The position numbers were made by a program, and so were the translations under genes. DNA of 64,000 nucleotides from Emiliania huxleyi CCMP1516 (taxonomy: Eukaryota): positions 248,001 to 312,000 of the forward strand of contig NW_005202428.1 of NCBI RefSeq assembly GCF_000372725.1. Reading direction: 5' to 3'. The notes beneath the pieces are model-generated. The model made no database searches, was not told where the DNA came from, and was given only the letters and a program-made list of their open reading frames with translations. Of this stretch, positions 35,847 to 47,627 are shown in pieces (the first letter of the stretch is position 1; each line of letters begins with the position of its first letter).

Positions 35847-37592
35847 GAACCCCTTTGAGAGCAGCACGTTTCTGAGCCCAACGAGAGCTCACGGGGAGAC
35901 GTGAGCTCGGCGACCTCGAGGCGGGGAGTGTACCAGACAGCGGCGTGGCACGTAGGTCCCGGCACAGAAGCGGCGCGCGCGGGAGAGCGGGCCGCGCTCG
36001 CAGTGGCCGGGCGACATACCCCTGGGCGACGGGCTGGCCGTGGCGGAGATGGCGGGCCGGAGGTGCGCCGCCGGGGCAGCACCGCACGTCCTTTGGGTAG
36101 TCCTCCCCCCCCCCCCCCCAAACACCCACCCACCACCATCACCACCACTCACGCACGCACACGCACGCACGCACGCACGCACGCGCGCACGCGCGCGCAC
36201 GCGCACGCACGCACGCGCGCACGCACACGCACACACACACGCGCGCGCACGCACACACGCACACCTCACCCACGCACGCTTCCTCTGCTGAGGCATCCAG
36301 CCCCTCCCCCCTCTCCCTCCCTTCCCTGCCTCAAGGCCCCCGACATGGAGCCGCGACATCGAGGTCTCGGCCTGGATGGGGGAGAAAGAAATGAAGGGAT
36401 TCATCGGTTAACTCGTCCCTTCCTTAACTATCGAGGTCTCGCTCTGGATGGAGGAGAGCGGGCCCGTCACTGCCGCGACACTGCTCACCCTCGCTCGCGC
36501 CGCCGTGGGCGCGCCGTGGGCAGACCGGCGCAAGGGTGGCGGCGAGGGCGGCGAGGGCGGTGCCGGCGAGGGCGGTGCCGGCTGGCGGCCTCACCGCACA
36601 GTGGCGGAGGGGGGTAGCGAAGGCGAGGCCGCGTGGGATGCGGCGGCGGCGGTGGCGGCGGCTGTTGCCGGGGCGAGGGCCGAAGGCGGGGGCGAAGGCC
36701 GGGGCGAAGGCGGGGGCGAAGGCGGGGGCGAAGGCGGGGGCGAAACCACACCCGTCGCCGGCACGGCGTCTGCAGAGGGGGAGGCGAGCGGCGTGCAGAT
36801 TGCGGTGCGGCTCCGCGATGTGTTCCGTGAGCCCGCCGCGGGCCGCCGCGCTTGCTCGTACCGGCGCTCGCCCTCTCCGCGCCTCCGGCCGCCTCGCATC
36901 TCGTTTGCCTCCACCACCACTCGCACGTTTGCTGCCGTAGGCTCGAGTTCCGCGCGGTCGGCCGTCCCATCAGCAAGGGGGACGCCGGCATGTGGCAGGC
37001 GCGTGTGCGGGAGGCGCTCGGCCAATGGCAGCAACTGGAGAGCGAGGGAGGGTTTGTGCTTCGATGAGGCGTTTGCCAGAAAGCGCCAACGTTACGCAAC
37101 TGCCGGCTTTATTAAATAAAAACCAATCGTGGCCAGTCCCGCTATGGATATGCCCAACCCACAAAATGAATACGCATCGCCTTATGCTCTGGTTTCGGGT
37201 GCGTAACACCTGGTGCGTAGACAGGCGCAGTTATCAAAATACAGCAGATATGAAGGCCGGCCCTCACCCCGGACCTGCTCACAGCGCATATTTTCCTTCG
37301 AAACCAGCACAGAATACTTCAATGTTGGCCCTGCCCCGCACTTACGCAGCATAATTTTACCAATTCAGGCCAATGACGACCGTGATACACATGACGTATC
37401 ATGTATCCGCATACGTACCCCCTCCTGGCGCCACAGCCTGGAGGCGCTGACGTACTACGTATACGCATTATGTTTCTGCACTCGCCAAAACGCCCGCGAG
37501 ACGATTGCCTGGCCAATGATTTCAGGCTCCCGCGCTGCCTTGCTCAACGAATCCCAATTGTCAAACTCGCGAGAATCACGTGCGTCCGCTGC

Positions 37593-38348
37593 ATGATGGC
37601 CCCGCCTCGGACCGCGTCGTCAGAGGGCGTTATGCTGATCCCAGCCATCACCAAGAGGAACACGACTGGCTACAAGAACGTGTCCTACAACCGGCGCGAG
37701 AAGAAGTTCACGGCGGAGGTGAATGCTGGCGGCACGCGTGTCCACCTCGGCTACTTCAACACCGCCGAAGAGGCGGCCACCGCTTACGCTCGGTCAGAGT
37801 ACGGCCGCGCCGACGCCGCCAAGCTGCTGCAGCCCCGCCCCGCTCCCACTCCCGCTGGCGCCGAGGCGATACGGCAGGCGGAGAGGGAGGGCCTGACTCT
37901 GGCCACCAGCAGCAGCAACACCGGCTACAAAGGCGTCTACTACCGCCCGAAGGAGCGAGGCAGCAAGAAGTACAAGCTGGAGGAGAGGACTGGTGGCAAG
38001 CAAGTCACTCTCGGCTGGTTCGCCACCGCCGAGGAGGCGGCGCTCTTCTATGCCCGCAGGGAGGCGGGCAAGGACACGCTAGCCAGCGATCTCACTGCGC
38101 CGCCGCTGCCGCCGCCGCCGTCCTTGACCTCTGCGGAGCTGCCAGTGTACGAGCTCAGCATTCTGACGCCTGAGCAAATGGCCGCCAACCCGACATACAG
38201 TCCATCGTCCAATTTGGACTATAGTCGAGCGCGTCGGAGAGGTGTTTGGAGACAGGCTCATGATTATGCGGCAGCCCTAGCACTTGGAGCACTAGCGGCA
38301 GCGCCAACTTATGGCAGCCCTAGCGGCAGCGCCAGTGCGCGCACATAA
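37593..38348 (+). CDS. Protein with two AP2-like DNA-binding domains
   Basis: NTTGYKNV..HLGYFNTAEEAATAY and SNTGYKGV..TLGWFATAEEAALFY. Confidence 0.8.
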   Translation: MMAPPRTASSEGVMLIPAITKRNTTGYKNVSYNRREKKFTAEVNAGGTRVHLGYFNTAEEAATAYARSEYGRADAAKLLQPRPAPTPAGAEAIRQAEREGLTLATSSSNTGYKGVYYRPKERGSKKYKLEERTGGKQVTLGWFATAEEAALFYARREAGKDTLASDLTAPPLPPPPSLTSAELPVYELSILTPEQMAANPTYSPSSNLDYSRARRRGVWRQAHDYAAALALGALAAAPTYGSPSGSASART

Positions 38349-38491
38349 AGGGGGGGGGTGGGGGGGTTAGGGGGTGGCTGTCGAGGGCTATGCCCGAGTC
38401 TGTTGTTACCAGCGCACATACAATCCTAGCCAGCTTATGGCAGCCCTAGCGGCAGCGCCAATTTATGGCAGCTGCCTAGCGGCAGCGCGAA

Positions 38492-38625
38492 GGTAGGGTA
38501 AGGGGTTAGGGTTAGGGGGGGGGTAGGTGTTTAGGGGTTAGGGGTTAGGGGTTAGGGGTTAGGGGTTAGGGGTTAGGGGTTAGGGGTTAGGGTTAGTGGT
38601 TAGGGGTTAGGGGTTAGGGGTTAGG
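38492..38625 (+). repeat. Interstitial telomere-like array (TTAGGGG)n / TTAGGG
   Basis: About 15 units, mostly TTAGGGG. Confidence 0.9.
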
Positions 38626-38640
38626 TGGGCGGATCCGCGT

Positions 38641-38917
38641 CAGACGTATGCGTAATACGTGAGGCGTAACCCTTGCTGGCCGCCACTTCTCAGTCAAATC
38701 CGTCGTGCGTGTGCGTAATACGTGGGACGTAAGCTCCCCCCGGACACCCATGGCGACCGATGCGTTCAGACGTATGCGTAATACATGAGGCGTAACCCTT
38801 GCTGGCCGCCACTTCTCAGTCAAATCCGTCGTGCGTGTGCGTAATACGTGGGACGTAAGCTCCCCCCGGACACCCATGGCGACCGATGCATCAGACGTGT
38901 GCGTAATACATGAGGCA
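38641..38917 (+). repeat. ~126-nt tandem repeat (about 2.2 copies) rich in TGCGTAATAC
   Basis: Near-identical units start at 38641 and 38767. Confidence 0.9.
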
Positions 38918-40360
38918 TAATCCCCTCTCCGCCGCCGTTCACGGTCGAGAGCGTAGTGCATGTGCGTAATGCGTCGGTCATAGGCCCACCCAGCCCCGAT
39001 TTACGATCCCACTGCGTAAGACGTGTGCGTAATACACCGTGCGTAGCGCCCCGAGAGAGCCTCTCTGGCAAAGCTTACATAAAACAGATGCGTGGTGCGT
39101 GGTGCGTAGCGGCCAGAAGGTCGGTGGTAACGATCGGTGCAAGAAGACGTGCGCATAATACGCAGCACATCTGAAATCACCGATCGGGCTTTCTGTCTGT
39201 ACGCGTGAAGCGAGGCGTATGCGTGACGCATCACTGAGCCGCCACCCGGCTTGACACGGCACCAAAATACACGACGTCTCAGCGACGTCCTACGGACCGT
39301 GGGCATGGATGTGCATAAGGTGGCCAATAATTGCGTTAGTGGCTCTTACATATCCATAGCGGGACTGGCCACCTCCCATAAAAACAAACTATCCTACATG
39401 AGAAGGAAGACACCTGGGCCACACCTGGGGAGAATGCGTGCAAATGAATGTGCGCCTTTAATAGAGGTACAAACTACAATACCCTGCGAGTCAGTGGGCA
39501 CAGACCCCGTTGGACCGTGAGTTGACCAGGGGTTGTGCGCCGGGCCCTCCTGCTCGGCTCCAGCCAGTAGACAAGTCTTGTCACTAACAGAGTAGAAGGA
39601 TCTGACCTCGGGGCCGATGTGACCAAGCGCTGGTAGCGTGGTTTGACCTCTCACCCATGGTCTCACAGTGTGCCGGCAGTCGCCGAGCAGTGTCGCTCAC
39701 ACAAGCCGCAGCACAAGTGACTGAGGGCCAGTGAGGGCGAGCCCATCGCTGTCACAGCTGTGGCAGCCGCACAGTGGGCTGTGCTATCTGTGCAGAGCGT
39801 GTGAGCAGCCGAGGAGCTGCTCTCCAGGCTTCAGGCGCAAAGAGCTGCATGCCACCGAAAGCGCTGTCGAGGTTCGCCGAGCGCGGCGCAGGTTGAGGGA
39901 AGCCGCCACAGACGAGCGCGTTGCGCCTGCCCGCCGGGACCATAGGTCGTCCGGCTTTGCCGACGGGCGACGTGGACGGGACACAGGGACGGGCGAACCA
40001 CGTACCCCAACAAGCATGATCCAGAGAACGGCTCGGGGCATTGTACTACATAGTGCGGGACCTGGGGCAGCAACCAACGACCTGGATGGGGACGGGGTGC
40101 TGCGCAACCGACGCTAATGTGTTTATCACAGTAGCCCCGGGACGGGGGGGGGGGGGGCGGGCCTCACCCGGGACTCTCACCCCGAGACCCCACCCCGGGA
40201 CGCGCCGGCTGCGGGTGAGGCCCCACCCCCGGGGCAGTGAGGGGCAGGGGCGGGGCGGAGCTCCTCAGAGTGAGGCCCGCCCCGGGGGCACCCCCACCCC
40301 CCCCACCCCGCCCCCCGGGCACCCGACCCGCCCTCAGCTCTCAGCTCCCCACCACGCAAG

Positions 40361-41448
40361 GTGCAGCGGACCGGCCTGGTGGGCAAGCGGACGATGAAGA
40401 CCTTTGGCGGCTATGGCACCTTCGTCGGAGATATCGTCTCTTACGACCCGGAGACGGGATGTTACCAGCAGGTCACCTATGAGGACGGCGACAAGGAGGG
40501 CTTCTCGCGAGCCTCTGTCCAGGCTGGCGTGCGGCGATTCCAGGCCCAGGCAAAGTATGCGATCCGTCTCGCCGAGGCGCGCTTTTTTGCGTCCGCCTCG
40601 GTAGATGTTAGAGACTTTGTGCGTTTGAGCGCGGCCCACCGGCCGGTGGCGCGCATGCCGAGCCAGAGTCCTCGCGACCGGTGCCAGCGGCAGCGGTCGC
40701 GCGCGGCTGTAGCCGCGTAGGAGCCCTGGGTCGGCCACCGTGGCCACTGCCCAAGGCAGCGGCCACCATGGCAGCGCGCTACGGCGTCTGAAGAAAGAAC
40801 TCGCTCGCCACACACTGGCCGACACTCGCTCAGTCGCTCTCAGGCTCAGACTCCGAGGACACTCTCGCTCAATCACTCAGACTCCAGCTCTCCGACCGGG
40901 GCCGCCGCCTACCAATGCGAAGGCGGTGCCGTGAATGCACCGGCTGCCTGGCGACGGAATGCGGCACCTGCCGCGAGTGCCTTGACCGGCTGCGGTTTGG
41001 CGGTAAGGGGGTTCGCAAAAAGCTGTGCCGCCGTCGCAAATGTCTAAACCCTCAGCTCGCAGGGCGTATCCATGTCGCCGCCAAGCCCGCCGCCGCCGCT
41101 CCCGCCGCCACCGTTTCTGCCGCCGCCCCGCCGCGGGATGCAATGCTGCCGCTGCTCATCCGGCAGGCGCGAGCGCACCTCTCGCGGCTCAGGCGCCTCC
41201 CTGCTCCGCACGGCTACCTCCTCGCCTCCGTCCTGGCGTCCTCCGCCTCCGCCGTCGCCACCTCAGTCTCCGCCGCCTCCGCATCCACTTCCGCCTCCGC
41301 CGCCGCCTCCTCCTCCGTCCCCGCCTCCGCCTCCGCCTCCTCGTTTCCGTGCACGGGCGGGTTTAGGCAGCATCATCCCGACTTGCCAGGCAATGATAGA
41401 CATAATGGGGACGCGCTCAGAATGCTACGAGAGTGGCGCCCCAGTTGA
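40361..41448 (+). pseudogene. Tudor-like domain + CXXC zinc finger, interrupted or rearranged
   Basis: LVGKRTMKTFGGYGTFVGDIVSYD..VTYEDGDKE, a stop at 40720, then RCRECTGCLATECGTCRECLD..FGG..KKLCRRRKC in another frame. Confidence 0.55.
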
Positions 41449-42600
41449 TCAACAGAAGGATCTCATGTGCCAATGCATCAGAGAGAATGCGGATAATATG
41501 TGCCAGCCGAGCCCGGCCGATGGCTGCCTGGCATGCTACGGCTGCCTTCACCCGCCATCGCCACCGCCACCGCAGCACCCCCCGCTCCCGCCGCCGCACC
41601 CACCCGCTCCGCCGCCGTCGCCGCCGCCGCCACCGCCGCCGTCACCGCCGGCATGCCCCTACTCCGCCGTCGTCAACACCGAGACGGAGTGCGATACGGG
41701 TGATTCGTGTGCGTTTCTTTGGCAGCTCGCGCAGATGGACTGTGACGACCTCTTTCACTATTCCTACTGTGGTTGCGAGAGCCTCAGAAGATGCTACAAC
41801 GTGCCAGGTGATACGGAATGGAACGACAGAACGAAAGGATGGTGGGTTACTTCACGTCCTGCACCGAGTGCTACTGCCCAAGCGTTCACAACTCGAAACC
41901 ACGCCTCCGCTTCTGGCCGGAAAAGCCGCAATGCGCTCTGTCGCCGGCTCCAGCGCCCGTGCCAAGTCCCTCACCGAACCCGACGCGCTCGCCCGCGCAG
42001 AGCCCCTCGCCGAATCCCACGCCCTCGCCCTGGCCGGACGGGGATGGGGTCTGTTGCGCACCTTATCAATCTTGGGGACAGAGTTACTACTATGTGCCCA
42101 CATGGCCACTATGTCGGAAGCCGACTGTCGCCTCGTACCCCGATGTCGAGTTTCAGTGCCGAGATGGACCGCATGGGATCTCCTCGGACCATTCTCACAG
42201 TGGCTGCCCACCCAACATCGCCATTCTGCCCGCCCCCCCCCGCCGGCCCCGCCAGCACCCCCATACTTGTGCCAGACGGGAAACAACTTCTTCGACAACA
42301 CAATCGGGCCCCCAGTCATCAGCGGCGGGCGTCCCGCCAACTACAGGTGTTGTGGCGCAATCCACGTCGGCAACTGCGCCAGCCCTCCCTACCCATGGGA
42401 GCAGCTTTGGGGAGGATGGGGGCCAAGTACCGGCGGCGAGGGGAGCTACGGAAACTGCAACTCTGAACACGCCCCGAAAACGGTCCCCTGCAAGAGCTAC
42501 CAGGGAGAACTCTACAACTGCTTCAACTGCAGGATACGGATCTTCTCCCAGCCGATTTCGACGACATCCGCTTTTCCTCGTCGGGCACATCCGTGACCGC
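41350..42600 (+). pseudogene. Frameshifted Cys-rich/Pro-linker extracellular-type protein fragment
   Basis: Protein-like Cys-rich blocks pass through three frames with no evident introns. Confidence 0.45.
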
Positions 42601-42825
42601 TAGAAAGTACGACAGCTCGGATCGCAAAGGAGCCTGGGGTCAGAACCTGTGGATCGTATGCGACGGCGACCCGGCCCAAGGTAGGGGCGAATGCGCCCCA
42701 GTGCCTCCTTAGATTGAGAGAGTGTGATGAGAAGTCATGTGATGAGTCTAACGGGACCCGGGACCGTGTGGGGCTAGTTCCATTTCACAGTGGCGCAGCG
42801 CGAGTGTTGGTAACCCCCCCCCCCC

Positions 42826-43041
<216 letters not shown>

Positions 43042-43150
43042 ACCAGTGGGGGGGGGAACCTCACTCACTCACATCCAGGGCCGGGGAGCTACAGTTATAA
43101 GGCCAGGTGCTCGGCATCGGGTTACGCCGGTTACGGAGCCCACCGCATCC

Positions 43151-43185
43151 ATGTGGAGAAGTTTACCTTACCTTTCCTTACCTTA
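43151..43185 (+). mobile_element. 35-nt 3'-terminal fragment of the (TTACC)n element
   Basis: ATGTGGAGAAGTTTACCTTACC.. between the TSD CACCGCATCC (43141-43150, 43186-43195). Confidence 0.85.
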
Positions 43186-43362
43186 CACCGCATCCCACTC
43201 CCACCCCGGGGTACGGGGGGGTTACCAATATCTCCGGCACCCGTTGTGGGGGGTTACCAACGCGACCCCCGACCCCAGGGTCGGCAGTCGGCTCGCTCGA
43301 CTGATTGTCGGAAGCTGTCGCTCAATCACTCAGACTCCTCTCTCCGACCGGCGCGCCTACCA

Positions 43363-44301
43363 ATGCGAGGGCGGTGCCGTGAATGCACCGGCTGCCTGGC
43401 GACGGATTGCGGCACCTGCCGCGAGTGCCTTGACCGGCTGCGGTTTGGCGGTAAGGGGGTTCGCAAAAAGCTGTGCCGCCGTCGCAAATGTCTAAACCCT
43501 CAGCTCGCAGGGCGTATCCATGTCGCCGCCAAGCCCGCCGCCGCCGCTCCCGCCGCCACCGTTTCTGCCGCCGCCCCGCCGCGGGATGCAATGCTGCCGC
43601 TTCTCATCCGGCAGGCGCGAGCGCACCTCTCGCGGCTCAGGCGCCTCCCTGCTCCGCACGGCTACCTCCTCGCCTCCGTCCTGGCGTCCTCCGCCTCCGC
43701 CGTCGCCACCTCAGTCTCCGCCGCCTCCGCCTCCACTTCCGCCTCCGCCGCCTCCTCCTCCTCCGTCCCCGCCTCCGCCTCCGCCTCCGCATCCACTTCC
43801 GCCTCCGACGGCGCCGCGGCCCTCGCCTCCGCCTCCGCCTCCTCAATTCCGCCCTCGCCCGTCCCCGGCTGCTTCTGCGCCCTCCCAGCCAGCCCGGGCG
43901 CCTTCCAGACCCTCGCCGTCCCCGACGCCGCCGCCGCCCCCGGCGGCACGTTCCATCGCTGGCAGACAGGTATGCTCACACGTGCGATCCCCGGCCCCCC
44001 CGCCGTCGCCGTCTCCGCCACAGGCAGCGCGCGGGGTGGGGAGTCGTGCCGGTCGCCGCTGCGCAGCGAATGGGACGAGCTGCTCGCCCCCGCAACCCGC
44101 GAGGGCGGCGCGGAGGAGACTGGCTCTGTTGCCGCCGCCGTTCCGCTGGCGCCGTTGACTGCAGCCAGCCCCGCACTAGCCGCACCGCTGCTCCCCGCGC
44201 TCGCCTCGACTCTCGCCCGGACTTTGGCCTCCGACGGCGCCGCGGCCCTCGCCGCCGCACCCTCCGCCGCCGCGCCCGGGCGGGCAAAGCGTGCTACTTG
44301 A
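43363..44301 (+). CDS. CXXC zinc-finger protein with Ala/Ser-rich tail (43318-43790 duplicates 40865-41340)
   Basis: zf-CXXC pattern CxxCxxCxxxxCGxCxxC..FGG..CxxRxC. Confidence 0.55.
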   Translation: MRGRCRECTGCLATDCGTCRECLDRLRFGGKGVRKKLCRRRKCLNPQLAGRIHVAAKPAAAAPAATVSAAAPPRDAMLPLLIRQARAHLSRLRRLPAPHGYLLASVLASSASAVATSVSAASASTSASAASSSSVPASASASASTSASDGAAALASASASSIPPSPVPGCFCALPASPGAFQTLAVPDAAAAPGGTFHRWQTGMLTRAIPGPPAVAVSATGSARGGESCRSPLRSEWDELLAPATREGGAEETGSVAAAVPLAPLTAASPALAAPLLPALASTLARTLASDGAAALAAAPSAAAPGRAKRAT

Positions 44302-44682
44302 GGTGAGTATGTGAACGGCGCCTCTTCACGGCACGCGCTGTGAGCAGGTGGGGCGCCATCGTCGACGAGTGGGCAGAGTAGCCTAGATGCCGGATTGCGG
44401 ATCCGTGTACTCCGATTGGCACTCAAACACACATTCAGCGGTATGCAGCTGTCTCCATTCATACAGCGCGTTGGCTCTCGGAATTGCGCTGCACGCACCC
44501 TTCGCATTCCCGCCCTGACTGTGGCATTCTCGTGAGGTCAGGCAAACGAGTTGGATCTGCTGGAGGGGGCCGGTAAGTGCCATGCGGCAGACCCGGCGGC
44601 ACCGCCTTCGCCGTTTCCCTCGCCGCCGGAGCTTGCCCCTCCTTCCCGGATCTCGCCACCGCTGCTCCCCTTTGCATCCCAG

Positions 44683-45393
44683 ATGCCTGGAGGCTCCAGC
44701 ATGGCGACCATGGGCCTCAGCCACAGCGGCCGTGTCGAGAGCTCTGCGCGGAGCCAGATGCACTCGCTGACCCTCGTCTTCTCCGACCCCGACGAGGAGA
44801 TGCTCTTCCGGCGAAACATGCTCACCGTCCTCAAGCGGATTCACGTGGCGGCCGGCGGCTTCGGACTAAGCCTCTTCGTGGTGATGTGGGCTGCATCGGC
44901 CCAGATCCTGCATACGCTCTGGGCGCCCTGGTGTGTCGGGGTTCTGACGATCTTCCTGCTGTACCACGCTCGCCCTGCCGACGGCGACACGGTACGGATG
45001 CTCTTCGTGCTGCTGCCAGTGATCGCGTTCACGGCGAACATTGCCCTCGCTCTCCTGCATGGCCTCGAACCGATCGCCGAGTTTGAGCACGCGGTGTGGT
45101 GCGTGGCCGGTGTGCTGCAACTGGTCTTCCCGTTTCTCCTCGCGAGCCCGCCACGATTCAAGCTGTGCATTTACCATGCAAACTTCGTCGGCTACAGCGT
45201 GCTCACACTCGGCGGCTACTTTGGCGACGTGCTGCGCGCGGCCTGCATGGGCGCCTTTCTGCTCGGCACTTCCCTGACGCTGGGCAACGCGATCGAGCGT
45301 GCCCAGCGGCTCTCGTTCCTGCACGCGCGCGCAGAGGCACGAGCAGCGGCAGCGATGCGCGAGAAGGAGCGCGACGTGGAGCGCGAGGCGTAA
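44683..45393 (+). CDS. Multi-pass membrane protein (about 6 TM) with C-terminal helix
   Basis: Alternating hydrophobic stretches, flanked by TLVFSDPDEEMLF and IERAQRLSFL. Confidence 0.6.
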   Translation: MPGGSSMATMGLSHSGRVESSARSQMHSLTLVFSDPDEEMLFRRNMLTVLKRIHVAAGGFGLSLFVVMWAASAQILHTLWAPWCVGVLTIFLLYHARPADGDTVRMLFVLLPVIAFTANIALALLHGLEPIAEFEHAVWCVAGVLQLVFPFLLASPPRFKLCIYHANFVGYSVLTLGGYFGDVLRAACMGAFLLGTSLTLGNAIERAQRLSFLHARAEARAAAAMREKERDVEREA

Positions 45394-45800
45394 CGGAAGC
45401 TCGAGGTTCGGCTCTTCCGCGGAGCGGGGCAGCCCCACAAGAGCTCCAAGGAGGGCGAGGAGTTGAACCGCCTGGCCGCGGCCATGCCCCCCCCCCCTCC
45501 CTCTCCTCCTCCTGCGCGCACAAGCTCGTTCCTTTTGCGAGCCGGAAAACGGCGGTCTGCATGCACATGCACATGCACATGTCCATGTGGTAGGATATGT
45601 AGGTAGGTATGTTGCGACTAGCCGGGGTCGTCCTCCCGAATCTCACAGTACTCAGTAGAGGTGTGTCGCCGATTTATTTATCCTTTCTTCACTTTTTTGT
45701 CACGCGGCGGAAAACTCTGCGGACGGGGGCGTTGTTTGCGCACACGCGACGAACACCGCTGCACGGGGCCGACAGCGACTGCACGACCCACCGGTCCTCG

Positions 45801-47627
45801 TCAAGCTCTGCGCCCCGCGCCGCCGTCCACGAGGGCCTGCAAGCCGCGCCGTAGCCTCGCCGCCGCCTCTCGCGTCTGCTCGAGCGGCAAGTTGGCGTAG
45901 CAGACGCGGATGTGGCCCGGCGCCCCGCACGCAGATCCGGGGATGAGCGCGACGCCGTGCTCTTCCGCGAGCGTCCGCACCGCGGCCACGTCGTCAGCCG
46001 CGTGCGGCGGCAGCCGCGCCACGAGGTAGATTGCGCCTAGCCACATTCATGCTGAGCTCGTGCGAATCGGCTCGTGAAAAGGTAGCCGCGCCGCGTGGCA
46101 GAGGGCGCCGGAGCCGCCCTGCACCGCGCCATCGCCGAGCGGCGCGAGGGCGGCGAGGACGAGCGCCTTCTGCTCCGCGAGCCCCGCAACGCGCTGCGAC
46201 ACCCAGCCGCGGCCGGCGGCGAGGGCGCCGAGGGCGACCTTTCGTTGGCAATGAACAACGATCCGCCCTGGTTCTGGCGCCAGCCACGGGGCGCCGAGAG
46301 CGGCCAACCTTTTGCGAGGCGATCGACGGGCAGATGGCGATGGTGTCTTGCACCTTCAGCATCTCGGGCGCGAGGGCGGCCGGGAAGGAGACGTACCTGG
46401 TTGGGAAGCGAGCATCATCAGTCACTGTGGATCGCACCTCCGGCGCGAGGGCAGTGACGGAGGCGTCGGACATGGCGGCGGCGGCGGAGGAGGGGCTCCC
46501 CAAGAAGAAGAAGAAGAAGAAGAAGGACAAGGCGCGCGCCGAAGCCCCGCGAAGCCCTCCCCTCTCTCTCTCTCTCTGTGCTACATGTCCATCACCGACT
46601 GCGAATGACGTACTCAATCCGTTCCTTCGGTAGGCCGGGGAGCAGACACGCACCCCACTCGCCAGCCCATCATGCCGAACGCCTTCGAGAAGGAGAAGAC
46701 GTTGATCACGTGCTCGCCGGAGACGCACTCGTGCGGCGCCTTACGGGACGTGTCCGGGACATGTCCGGGACATGTCCCAGAGCAGCGCCGCCCAGCCTCG
46801 CGACTCATCCGCCTCGCCCGCGTACTCGAAGTGCTCGTAGGTGTTGTCCACCACCTGCAGGACACGTGCCGGACATGACCCGGACATGACGCGTGCGGAG
46901 AAGTGCTCCTGCCGGCTGTCCGCCACCAGCCAGACGCCGTGCGACGCGCAGAGCCGGCTCGCCTCGTCCAGCGTACCGCGCGGGATCATCACGCCCGTGG
47001 GGTTGCCTAGGATGCAGAAGCGGTGAATGGTGAATGGCGGAGGAGAGCGCAGTCATGTGTCGCCACGCCGGTGGCGTTGCCAGGGTTGACCAGCGTCAGC
47101 ATCCGGAGCGGAGGCCTATCGCCGCGGGCGCGCGCCTCCAGCTCCGCCCTCAGCGCGCCGATGTCGGGCTGCAGGTCCGGCAGCGAGGGGGGCAGCCACA
47201 GGTCGAGCTGTGAGCCGGTCATCTGCAACGCCATGAGGTGGTTGAAGTAGTACGGTCGGAAGAGGGCGGCGGCGTCGCCCGCGTCGAGCAGCGAGAGCAC
47301 CACGTTCGTGTACGCCTGGTTCGCTCCCGCGGTCACCATCACCTCGCCGCCGTCGATGCCGTTCTCGACGCGCAGCTTCTCCTTGAGCGCGGCGCGCAGT
47401 TCGGGAAGGCCGTCGTCGGGACCGTAGAGGCTGGTGCTCCGCTCGCCCATCGCGGCGACGCCCGCGGCCAGTGCCGCCTCGGGTGGCGGCCAGTGCACGA
47501 TGCCCTGTGCGAGCGAGAGGACGCCCTCCCTGCCACGCAGCATCTGCTGCATCTGCACAATGCAGGGAGTGTCGGTGGCGCGGACGCGCTTGCTGGCCTG
47601 CGTGGCCATGCTGCGGGCGCCACGCAT
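45801..47627 (-). CDS. PLP-dependent aminotransferase class I/II, multi-exon (e.g. introns 47007-47080, 46855-46926)
   Basis: LSLAQG, YGPDDGLPELR, VTAGANQA, NPGNPTG, DNTYEHF, SFSKAFGMMGWRVG (PLP lysine) and HIRVCY. Confidence 0.88.

Noticed and set aside
38492..38625. True chromosome end
   Set aside because: The array is short and 25 kb of gene-containing sequence follows. It is treated as interstitial unless misassembled.
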